From Trichosphaerium sp. ATCC 40318 (Eukaryota; Protista; Tubulinea), in assembly GCA_038496445.1 (NCBI GenBank), contig JALMLS010000363.1, positions 1 to 64,000 of the forward strand: 64,000 nucleotides of DNA. The letters are read 5' to 3'. Numbering within the stretch: the stretch's first letter is position 1; each line of letters begins with the position of its first letter. A model generated the notes under the pieces. It searched no databases and had not been told where the DNA came from. It saw nothing but the letters and a program-made list of their open reading frames with translations. The translations under genes were made by a program, and so were the position numbers. Shown piece after piece: positions 39,201 through 50,226 of the stretch.

Positions 39201-42200
39201 ATTCTGTTTCTTGGCACTTAGATACCTCGTTGCACAACGCCGTATACGTAAGGACATGCCAAAAAAGCATAAGCCACTTTAACTTAAAAACATAGGTCAC
39301 AAAGGAGGGCATAAGCACAGTGACATACTAGTGTCTTTCCCAAAGAGTACAAAAGTAGGAAAACTAACAATGTTCGGTGTATTGAATGTTGTATCAGCTG
39401 ATAAGCGTACGTTCGCGAGAACCAATGAAGCTTCTAACTTTTTTGACAATTGCAGAACGCCCAGCGTTTATTTCTGTCGATAAGGAAAAGCTAACACTCT
39501 ATGATGCATCCAAAAAGCGACTACGGTACGCATCAAAAACATTGTACGAATGAACCCTGATGCTTTGTTCAGTACAGTTTATATTGGGCTTGTACACTCC
39601 TTGGGAAAATCAGACGATGATGGATTCAGACACTTGTTGATTAGCATACCAAGGGAGTATGATATTCTACTCAGGTTCCCTACTGCAGGAAAAAGAGACG
39701 AAGTAGTTGATAAATTGTGTGACGCCAAAGGAGGACGAGGATATAATGTACTACCTTACTAGAGTTTAATCTTTTCTCATCCTTTTTTGATAAAGGTGAA
39801 CAAGAAGCAATACAAGAGATTGTTGCTTGATATGAAGACTAAAAAAGTCCGTAAAGAGCAACTCAAGAAATACTTTGGTATGGTGCTTGAAGGACTCAAA
39901 GAAGGTTGGACTGTTCATGATGCATCTGAGTGTACAAGATCAGCTTCTGGTATCCTTAACACAGAGTTATCAAAAGGTACAATAAACTATTCGCTTGTTT
40001 TTTGTTGACACGTGTATAGACGAGTTTGCTGAGGCTTTTGGACTTGATATCGAATCTGATTTTGTGAACAGATTATTCAGGGTTGCTACTGCGCAACGAC
40101 CAACAGGACATATTACCTTTAAGGAGTTTTTTGATTTTGTGTTCCTGTTCTCAAAGGTAAAATGAGAAAAAAGCATGAAAATAACCCACTAAGCGCTTAC
40201 TTGTTCTAGGGATCTCCTAAAGATAAGATTAAAGCAATATTTCAACTGTAAGTTATTATGAATCTAATAAGACTAGTAGTACTAATGACAATAAAGGTAT
40301 GATCAAGGTAAAACTGGATACTTGTCCAGAGGAGAGATTAAAGAAATGTTCACATCAACAGTAAGTTTTTTTTTTTCCTGTTTCAAAAAGGGTGAGTAAT
40401 TAACATGGTTATTAAGATTGAAGTTGGGCGATCAAGACAAAAAATGAGTCAAGGAGACTTAGATAAGTTTGTAACAGCGTTTATCAAGAGTGCAGGTACC
40501 TCTCATAAGTCACATGTAGCCCAGTTTAATTTTCTAAATTTTTTCTCAGGTGCTAAGAATCCGAAGCGTCTGCAGCTCGAAGAGTTTACGAGAGTTATGT
40601 GTAAGCATGAAGAGATATTAAATGAAGGAAAATTAAACCTTAGAGCAACATGGAGAAAAACAAACTTGAAAAAACAAGTAAGTTAGGTTCCATCCATAAA
40701 CTACTTAGGATTCTTACTTTATTCTCAACTAGAAAAAAAAGGCAAACACCAAAACAGGTGGCAAACAAGTACGTCATATTCGGTTTACTACATTATCTGT
40801 ACCTTATTTTAACCGATATTATCGAATTAGACTACAAGAGAGACGAACGATCTAGTTGAGATCTCCGAAAATCCAAGAGCTGACAAAAATGAAGATGAAA
40901 CAGATTCTGACATTGATGACTTATCTGGGGATGAAGAAATTAAATCTCCTATGCCTAAAGCTAAGATCCCTCTTGAAAAGCTTCAAGAATATATGATACA
41001 GCGTACTCTTGTGGACTCACAGAAATCAGAAGCTGCAGAAGCTGCAAAAGAGTTTTATTCAAAGAAGTCTTCATTGAATCCAAAAGACATCAGCTTTGAG
41101 TTATCTGATACAGAAGATATAAGTGATATTGACGAAGAAGATTACAGTGACGATGACTCTGTTGAGATTGACGATTCGTCAGATGAGTCAGAATCGGAAG
41201 AATCCGCTTCGACTTCTGATTCTGATTTTGATGTTAAAAAGAAAACAAACACGGCGCCTATGAGCATACTCAAGAAGACTAGGAGAGGTGGTAGACCAAA
41301 GCAAGTCAAGAAAAAGTCTGGGGAGATAGATTCAGATGAATCTATTGAGTCTATGACAGATGACGAGGAAGATTCTAATAAGAGAGCTTTAACTTTTAAC
41401 AACGTAGATTTCAGAGAGTCTATCGTTCCTCCAAGGATCAGAGCTAGTAATAAAAGTAGACTACGTGTATCACCCAAAGCTGTCAGACGTATTGGAATGA
41501 GTTCTCTCACAAGAAGCGGAGGGAAAAAGCATAGCGCAGGATTGAACAAAAGTGGTACTTTAAACAGATTTTAGCTGTTTTGTTTTAATACTTGCCTAGT
41601 GAGGATCAAAGAGCCTTCAGAAAGCGACTCTTCGGAGTCATCAGAAAAAGCACAAGAAGTAGTAGCTAAACAACCAGAACCTGTATCATCAGGACCGGGT
41701 ATAACAGAGCCAAGTAAACCACAAGGAAGATTTGTTGCGTTCATATCAAATCATCGAACTGAAATTATTATTGTTGCTTTATTCTTCCTTATCACTGCCT
41801 GGCTCTTCGTAGAGCGTGCATACTGTACGACATGTTTCATTTTGCTCAAAATCCTCACGTGCATGATAGTGTATTCTGTCGAAAAAGAGCACATTGGACT
41901 CCGCGCAATGGCCGGATTTGGCGTAACTGTCAGTCGTGGCGCTGCAGCTGCGATGAGTTTTTGTTTTGCTTTAATTCTGTTGACTATGGTACCCTTCTTT
42001 TTGTTGTTTATGTCTTTCTTTGTTAATTCATTTAATAGTGTCGTAATACGATCACTTTGCTCCGCACAACTCCATTGAATCGTCTCATACCTTTTGATCA
42101 CGTGTATGATTTTCACAAATTGGTTGCTGCGACTGTGTTTGTTTTCACATGGATTCATATTCTTGGTCATTTTCTAAACTTTTTCCATTTGTCGACGCAA

Positions 42201-44080
42201 TTCCCGGCTGATGTTGAATGTACACTACCTGCTGTATACTTTGGTAGTACTTTCAGACCTTCTTTTGGCGGATACTACCTTTTTGGAACTCTCACTGGAT
42301 TTACAGGATTATTAATGACACGTGCGTTTTTCAGAAAATTTTACTAAATAAATTGCTTTCCTTGGAAGGCTTGAACGTTTCTCTTTTCAAAAAAAGGCGT
42401 TTTGTCGAAATTCAACAACTGCGCTTTATTCTTTGTTTGTCAAAGCTTCTGGAGGTTGGTAGAAGCGTGATTCAGCGTTGATTATTTTTTTCTTATTTTT
42501 TCTAGTGATTATGATTGTGATGTACATGTATGCGATAGAATGGGTCCGACAGCATTTCCATCTGGTTTTCTGGACATCTCATCATCTTTATATTGTATTA
42601 TACATTCTTATGTTCCTTCATGGATCCGCTTCATTGCTCCAGAAGGCCGACTTATGGTTGTACTTGACAGGACCATTGGTTCTATTCTTCATAGACAAAG
42701 TCGTCGGTAGCACTCGAACCTACGCAAAATCTAAGGTTGTAGCTGCTGAGCACTTGCCTTCAGGTGTAACGAAACTAGTATTCAGGAGAGACAAGGGATT
42801 CAAATACCAATCAGGACAAGTACGTTCAAAAAAAGTCGAAAAAAAAAAACTTTCAACTTTGTTCTTCGTTTTGCTGACTTTCTACCAAGTGGGTCAGATT
42901 ATCGTGTCCTAGTATTGCTGGTATGAATAAACGCGTTTTTATGAACAGTATTCGTTGTTAATATCTTTAATAGCAAAGCATGTGTTCCATCCATTCACTT
43001 TGACATCGGCACCACATGAACCACACTTATCATGTCATATCCGCGCTGTTGGACCATGGACAAAAGCCTTACGGTAATTGATGAACACACCATTCGTTTT
43101 ATTAGTTTCTTATAAATGACATAGACGTGTAATGAACCCACAACTGTACACTGATATCTCTAAATACCCTCAAGTACGTTTTTTTTTTCTTGTTTTTTTC
43201 CTTCGCAGGATTCGTTTTTTGATGGTCTTTTCTTCTAGCTCATAGTAGATGGTCCTTATGGTGAAGGTCTTCAAGATTGGTATAAATTTAAAACTGTTGT
43301 ACTTGTTGGTGCTGGTATAGGTATCACGCCTTTTGCTTCTATTCTAAAAGATTTGATTCATCAAGTTAAAGCAGTACGTTTTGCTCTTTGCTGCAAACCT
43401 CATCGCGCAGTGAATTCACCTCATCTTGATTCAATCAACTAATAAATATCGTTTAGAACGCAGTTCGTGTTGAGAAGGTATATTTCTTTTGGATTATGCG
43501 GTCACAAGGTACTATCAAAGACTTACTTTTTTTGAAAAAAAATCCAAGGAATCCCCTTCTTTTTTTTTGTTAGTCTCTCATTTTCTGTAGCGTCTTTTGA
43601 GTGGATGTTCGATATTTTGAAGGATGTCGAAGCTGTAGATACTATGAACATTCTAGAGACTCATATATTCATAACACAGTACAAGAAAAAGTTTGACTTG
43701 AGAACAATGCTGTTTTATGTTGCAGAAAAGAACTTTCATCGTACACTTGGCATATCCTTCCTTACTGGCTTGCGTGCTACCACTCATTTTGGTCGTCCAA
43801 ACTTACAGTATGGGATCATAGTATTTAGAAGCTTTTTACTAACTTTACACTTAAGATACGTCCTGCAGAAGATCCAAAACGAACACAGACTCGAAGTCAA
43901 AAAAATAGGTTTGTTGAGCTTTTTTGAAAAAAACGTTTTGTCGTGTTCATTCCTTCTCTTATAGGCGTGTGTTCTTGCGGACCACACTTTCTAAGTGAAG
44001 CACTTACAGATGCATGTAAAACGCTATCACAAAGAGATCCAACGTGTCGTATGAAGCACATTACTTCAAACTTTGGATAA
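36237..44080 (+). CDS. DUOX: Dual oxidase: signal peptide, peroxidase-homology domain, TM, PH-like domain, EF-hands, NOX ferric-reductase TM domain, FAD/NADPH-binding domains
   Basis: '[14 protein letters not shown]', 'SAYQDGV', '[11 protein letters not shown]', 'RANENP', 'MRFGHT', '[13 protein letters not shown]', 'DADRFWYEN', '[15 protein letters not shown]', '[11 protein letters not shown]', 'IPFD..YDFHK', 'IHILGH', 'FWTSHHLY', 'LHGS', '[11 protein letters not shown]', 'DGPYGEG', '[13 protein letters not shown]', 'THFGRP', 'SCGP'. Confidence 0.96.
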
Positions 44081-44890
44081 CAAATTTCACTTTTTTTTTT
44101 GATAAAATGACAAATAAAGAAATCTTCTAAGAACCACATTTGTTATCATTGTCACATCGATTGTTTGTTGAAGAACAAACGTTCAATGACTTTGCAAACC
44201 TTAGCCACTTAACTTAAAAAGAATAAAACTGGCTGGTTAAAGTAATTCGGCCTGAAAACAGACAGCACGTGACTTGCAATCCCGTTTGATTTTTTGTATT
44301 TGTGTTGTCTTTTTTTGCTCTTGTAGAGGACTTAACCGAGAAACAATTACTGTAATAGTAACTTCAAAAGCAGTCTACACAGGGCTATGAAGCAAAACAA
44401 ATGCCATAGCCGCTCAAGTTTTCTTTGTAACGAACAAACCGAACAACTTCCAGGAAATTTGCATAGTTCAAAAATGAAAAGTTTGTTTCAGACATTGCAA
44501 ATGAATTTAGTGGTTGTTTTTGCTGGCTTTCAAATCATAACTAGCTCTAAAAAACAGATTCAGTTGGTATGTCAGACTATAGAAGCTACATGATATTCAT
44601 AACCTCTGGCGCATAAAGAAACTTAGACGCTTGTAACTTCTTGAAGGAAAAGAGCCAAAAATAATCTTCAAAAAGAATACATAAAAAAGTGACATTATTA
44701 CAAAAGTTAAGAGTAATCAAACTAACTTTGTAGATGATTGGTTAGCACCTATTAGTGTTAAATAGTTGAATCATGAGTTCAGTCATTTAACATAACACTA
44801 TCATTAGAATCACTGTAGATAGATTCATTACCTCAAAGTAATTTTTATTTAAAAGCCGAATTTCAATAGTAAGTTTTTGCCATATTAGGT

Positions 44891-46162
44891 TTATGTTGGT
44901 ATCGTATGAGCACTAGTCAATTCCTTTACAGTTTCATATGTTATACCAGTTCCTCTGCATACGAAGATAGTGTGCACACCTACAAGCGCTTTTAATGCTG
45001 CAACTGTTACGCTTGTATATTCCAAATTAATTTTATGTACACCTGCCAGTGCCTTGACACCCTCATCTGTTACGCTTGTATGTTCCAAATCAATTTTATG
45101 TACACCTGCCAGTGCCTTGATACCCTCATCTGTTACGCTTGTATATGCCAAATCAATTTTATGTACACCTGCCAACGCCTTGATACCCTCATCTGTTACG
45201 CTTGTATGTGCCAATTCAATTTTATGTACACCTGCCAACGCCTTGACACCCTCATCTGTTACGCTTGTGTGTTCCAAATCAATTTTATGTACACCTGCCA
45301 ACGCCTTGATACCCTCATCTGTTATTGAGCCGCAATTACACAAGTAGATGGTATGAACTCCTGCCAGTGCCTTCAAACCCTCATCTGTTACGCTTGTATA
45401 TGCCAAACTAATTTCATGTACACCTGCCAACGCCTTGATACCCTCATCTGTTATTGAGCTACAATAACTCAAGTTGATGGTGTGTACTCCTGCCAGTGCC
45501 TTCACACCCTCATCTGTAACATTTGTGTGTGTCAAAATAATTTTAGGTACACTTGCCAATGCCTTGATACCCTCATCTGTAATTGTGCTACAACTTTCCA
45601 AGTTGATGGTGTGTACTCCTGCCAGCGCCTTCACACCCTCATCTGTAACATTTGTGTGTGTCAAAATAATTTTAGGTACACTTGCCAATGCCTTGATACC
45701 CTCATCCGTAATTGTGGTACAATAACGCAAGTCGATGGTGTGAACTCCTGCCAGCGCCTTCAAACCCTCATCTGTAACAGTTGTGTGTGCCAAAATAATT
45801 TTATGTACTCCTGCCAATGCCTTGATACCCTCATCTGTAATTTTGTAACACTTTATCAATTTGATTGATTGTACTCCCCTCAATTGCTTGATAGCATAGT
45901 CTGTTACATGTTCATAATCACGAAAGCCAATAGTTGTATTCTGGAGTAACGGACTACCAGTAAGGATTTTCACATCATTTTCTGTAATGTTGATACAACC
46001 GTATCCGACGTATTTTTGGACAATATCGTACAAAAAGTGGCATGTATGGGCTGTATTGAGTGCGTGAATCCCTTTTTTGAGTATATGAACTATTATTTCA
46101 ATTGGCAGCGCTATTAGGTAGAATATCTGCAAAAGTGTATTTTCAATGCCTTTTTTTTTCAT
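44891..46162 (-). CDS. Intronless F-box-like/leucine-rich-repeat protein
   Basis: N-terminal 'LIALPIEIIVHIL' (F-box-like); 13 'TDEG.KALA' LRR units of 21/22 aa. Confidence 0.85.
   Translation of the reverse strand: MKKKGIENTLLQIFYLIALPIEIIVHILKKGIHALNTAHTCHFLYDIVQKYVGYGCINITENDVKILTGSPLLQNTTIGFRDYEHVTDYAIKQLRGVQSIKLIKCYKITDEGIKALAGVHKIILAHTTVTDEGLKALAGVHTIDLRYCTTITDEGIKALASVPKIILTHTNVTDEGVKALAGVHTINLESCSTITDEGIKALASVPKIILTHTNVTDEGVKALAGVHTINLSYCSSITDEGIKALAGVHEISLAYTSVTDEGLKALAGVHTIYLCNCGSITDEGIKALAGVHKIDLEHTSVTDEGVKALAGVHKIELAHTSVTDEGIKALAGVHKIDLAYTSVTDEGIKALAGVHKIDLEHTSVTDEGVKALAGVHKINLEYTSVTVAALKALVGVHTIFVCRGTGITYETVKELTSAHTIPT
44990..45845 (-). repeat. Coding tandem repeat array of 63/66-nt units (LRRs)
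   Basis: Near-identical units with plus-strand core 'gccttgataccctcatctgt'. Confidence 0.9.
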
Positions 46163-46775
46163 TTGGGTTAAAGTTTGTGCTAACCTGTTTTGTTTAGAGC
46201 TTTTGTCAGTTAAACAACACCTCCGCCAAGCTGCGTGTGTTTTGAGTTTGTAAAGATTTTAGCGCGAACACGTGTTAATTTTCAACGACTTTATTCGCAC
46301 GTGCGCAAAAGCTGAACAGCGACACAAACTAGCAGCACTCTTCGTGCCTTCACGATAGAGGACATTTTAGAGCCTGTTTGTTCCATCTATCTTGTCGTTG
46401 GTGGACACCACACATCATACAGATTATTTCAACAAATATCATGAAATATAAGCGGTTTCCTTAAAGTAGAGCGTGCAGAGCTCCGTTTGAATTGTTTGTA
46501 TCTTTTTTGTTCTATCATAAAAGCCCACCTGTCAAGTCTTATTTTCTGCATAACTCACGCCTACTAGTGGCGTTAGAATTCCTTTTTCTCTTTATAGAAA
46601 CAAGTAATCTCAAAATCGCGTTAGGCACTAAAACTTCAAAAATCGCTGCGTAGGAAACGAGAATTTCTCAGTTGAAAATTTTTCGGGTTTTCTATCACGT
46701 GATAAAGAGATTATTTTTGTTTAAGTCTACTATCTCATTTAAAGAAATAAAAACATCAAAAACAACGTATCAACA

Positions 46776-47311
46776 ATGCCTTCTGTAGTAGTAAGGTTAG
46801 TACAAAAACATTAAAATGTCCTTTCTAACGTATGTCTCGAAGATATATCTCTAGGATGCGCAAAGGATCGATTGAAAAAAAAGTAAAAAAACAAAACAAA
46901 GAAGCGTCTGCTTCTCTGCTGCTTCATGAAGACACTTTTATAGATGATTCTGTAGATAAAACTACAAGAGAAGCACCTGCAGTAAAGTTCACCTGTGAGA
47001 ACGCTTTCTGGGTGTAAGAGACAACTATTTAAAAAAGCCAAAACCAAATTGTAAATAAAGGCAAAAAAAAATTTATACCATCGAAATTTCATTTTGGTTG
47101 TCAGATTTCGCAAGCAAACTTTCAGATATACGTAAGATTAAGTGCTACAAAAACCAATATTTCTTGTCTTAGAAACATTTACAAAAATAGATTTGTAGTA
47201 TTTGCTAAGGCGTACTTTTTATCGACACTAAATTTTTTTTAAAGCTTCCCAAAAAAAAAACTCACACAATTTTTCAGTGTCGTTGATAGCTCCGAGGAGA
47301 AAAAGAGATAA
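46776..47311 (+). CDS. Small basic hypothetical protein, 5 exons
   Basis: ATG 46776 and four phase-compatible GT-AG introns give 'MPSVVVRMRKGSIEKK...ENAFWVFRKQTFRYT...SSEEKKR*'. Confidence 0.4.
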
Positions 47312-47475
47312 AGATACGGACTTTTTTTACTGTCTAAAAAAACAAATTCGGTTCAATTTGTCTGAAATAAAATTATATGGGAGTTAAAAACAAGATTATC
47401 TAACAACACTTCGTTGAGCGTAAGTTTGCACTTTATTAGTAAGAAATAAGCATTTTACAACATTGTTAATATTGT

Positions 47476-48807
47476 TTAGCGTCCTTTGACCTTGAGGTTC
47501 ATAGAGGCACCACCCCATCTTGAGAAGTCGACGACAAACTTTGGAGATAGCTGAAAGATACCGTTAAAGTCTCTAGCTGGCATGGACTTATCAAGCTTTG
47601 GGAAAGCGAACTTAAATCCTCTGCGTTTGGTCCTAAATATATACATTAGAGCGTCCATGGTAAACAATAAAATAAGCGTACTGTCCAGGAGACAAGTCAC
47701 CAAACTTGAGCAATACTTGGTTGACATCACCAACACCACAAAAAGTCATGACATCAGAGTGGAAAGGAGAGTTTTCGTCAACATCAACGTAAGCAATACA
47801 ATCAGTGATAGGAATACTCATCTTGTTCTTAAAAACAACAGTACAAGGGTATGTTGTATCATCTTGTAAGTCGGCAGGCATACTGTAACTTACGTGGACA
47901 CAAGCATTATCAATAGCGAGCGTAGCTACATCTCCGCTAACCTTACCATCAGAAGATCCATCGCCAGCGCCAGTTCCTTTTCCGGCTCCTGAGGTAGGCT
48001 TGGTGTGAGCGTCCTGACCGCCATCAGCATCAGTTGCAGGATGGTTTTCGCGCTCCATTACAACATTCCAGCTGCCAATTGCCTTTTCCCAGAACAAGCG
48101 GTGAGTCGAACCACCCCAGTCGAATAGGAAGTGTTGCTCGAGTTTATCTGCTCCTTGGTGGGATTTATCAATACGGGTGTTCGAAGCAGCTTCGCCGTTG
48201 ACCAAGAAGGAGTGTATTTGAGTCTTGACAAAGTCCTAATAAGGTGTCAGCTTCAACGAAGAAGGAAATTAAAAAGTGTGGCTGAAAGCTAGCGTACGTT
48301 TTGTATCTCCATCTGAGTGTCTATCTTCAAGATATCATCGATGTCGAAGGTGTAGCGGAAGTTATGACCCTCAGTCTTTGTTCCTTTGCGTACTGTCGAC
48401 ATTGACCATCCCAAGTCTCTCATGAAGATTCGGTACTTGGTACCTCTCCAAGTGAAGACGAAGTCTTGGTGGTGAACGCAAGAGCCAGCATGACTGTTAT
48501 CAATAGAAATATCAGTAGCATACTCTCCGTTTACTTTTATCCAGTAAATTTTGATCTTTTCCCAGTTTTCGCTCTAAAAAAAGAACGTCAGTATTAACAA
48601 TCACGTGGTAAATATACACGAGAAGAAAATAAATTTCCAACGGCGGTTACACCCTACGCTGATGCCAAGAAACGTCCCTGGCACTGCAGAGAAAGGAAAA
48701 AAACAAAAACTAGGTCGAAACGTAACTGGGTTTAGTTCCACTAAAGAGTTAACTGTGACGGCATTGCCGAAGCTCCAGTTGTATGACCATGTTCCTTTTG
48801 CTGCCAT
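47476..48807 (-). CDS. Uncharacterised protein: two tandem copies of a beta-rich domain, G/D-rich linker, C-terminal Ig/CARDB-like domain
   Basis: Spliced ORF with an internal repeat 'VNGE.A....ID.SH.G......F.F.W.G..[YH]R.F'; C-terminal 'CTVVFKN...FGDLSPGQTKRRGFKF'. Confidence 0.75.
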
Positions 48808-49307
48808 TATTGTTGAGTTGTTGTTGTGAGTGTTGGTTTTTGTTAGTTATGATATCAATAATAAGTTTTATAAAATGACTTTTATTCAAATAACAAAAGC
48901 GACCGTTGCGCGTTGATGTTTTGTTTTCAGATGTTCTGTCAGTTTTTTTTTCTGGGTTGCTTCCACTGTTGTTAAATACCTTTCGTACGTATGTCTACGT
49001 AATAAAGTCTACTTTTGTTGAAAAGTGACGTATGAAGTCACGTGTGAATCACGAGCGAAGACATTATGGTACGATTTCGTGAACAAAGCTCATTCAAGTT
49101 TGTTGACGCAAATTAAGCATGAATAGGTTTTTAGGCCGTTATGGCTTGGGTTACCGGAGTTTTTGCAGAACTCTACATTAATTAGGTAACAATTCATCTA
49201 ATAAGCGAAAGAAATACAGTTAACGCGACTGTGCGTAATAAGATGAAGGCTACAACCAACTTGAGTGGTTGACATAAAAAACGAGATACGCTTTCATTTA
49301 CAAATAT

Positions 49308-50008
49308 TTATTCTTCGTCGTATGACCGCTCAATCACCTTCCACAGGTGTTTTATGCGTCTTACATTATTACCTAAGTCTGTTCGCTTTCGTGTCTTAGA
49401 TCTGGCATCAAACCTTATTTGCCCTACAGCACTGTTAGTATCTCAACCGAAGCTCACAGATGAAAAGTATTTTTTTTTCCTGTGCTCACCAGAATTTGTC
49501 TCTATAACCTCAACTACTACATCATCTGTCCATCTGAAAGTCTTGCTCGTAGCAGTAAAGTAAACCTAATAGAGACGTGAATATGACAGGTGTAAAGATG
49601 GTGGTTTGACAAAAAGTGCTTAGTACAAACTACATCTAACAAAAAACTACAAAATCATACAAAGTGCAGTTCGTCATCTTGAGATACTATACTCCACTGT
49701 TCTCCTTTTTTCGGTTTATTCATGGCATCCAATAAACCTACAATACTAATTCAGGTTTTATTTATCACGTGGGGTAACCAACATAAACGTTCGCGTTGTA
49801 TCACGTGGTGTTCAACGCCGAAATTTTAAAAAAAAGTGTACTTACGGCGGTAACCATCTAGTAGTTTACCATCTAGTATCAACGGCCCGAATTTAGGATA
49901 GTTGTGTCGTTGTTTTTTAGCTGATTTTGCCGAGTGCGGTTTGTTGAGGTTTGGTATACGTAAAGGGGCACCTGGGCGTGTACATACATCATTGGTAACA
50001 GCGTACAT
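49308..50008 (-). CDS. DUF1499-family protein
   Basis: Spliced C-terminus 'TSKTFRWTDDVVVEV...FDARSKTRKRTDLGNNVRRI' matches the DUF1499 pattern (F.DD...D.RS..R...D.G.N..RI). Start codon uncertain. Confidence 0.7.
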
Positions 50009-50226
50009 GTAAATTGATTTTTATTTTTAGCAAGAAAGTAGTATAGTAATGTCTTGTATCTTTAGACGCGTCTACCTGTATATTTTCGGCGTTTGCTTAA
50101 ATAGTAAAACTGAGTGGACTGAATTGGACTATTAGCGGATAAACTAATGATTTACACAACGATGCATTGGGTTGTAGGGGCGAAGTGGAATGTTTTTATT
50201 TTTAATCCAACTCTTTTTTTCAAACT

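Noticed and set aside
41142-41549. 135-aa Ser-rich minus-strand ORF
   Set aside because: Antisense to the low-complexity DUOX exon.
44387-44593. 68-aa intergenic ORF downstream of DUOX
   Set aside because: No motif, splice or compositional support.
44990-45845. CRISPR-like look of conserved repeats with variable intervals
   Set aside because: Units are in-frame coding LRRs, the intervals are homologous to each other, the context is eukaryotic and no cas genes are present.
44970-45868. Cys-rich repetitive plus-strand ORFs
   Set aside because: Antisense shadows of the LRR tandem array, whose unit lengths are multiples of 3.
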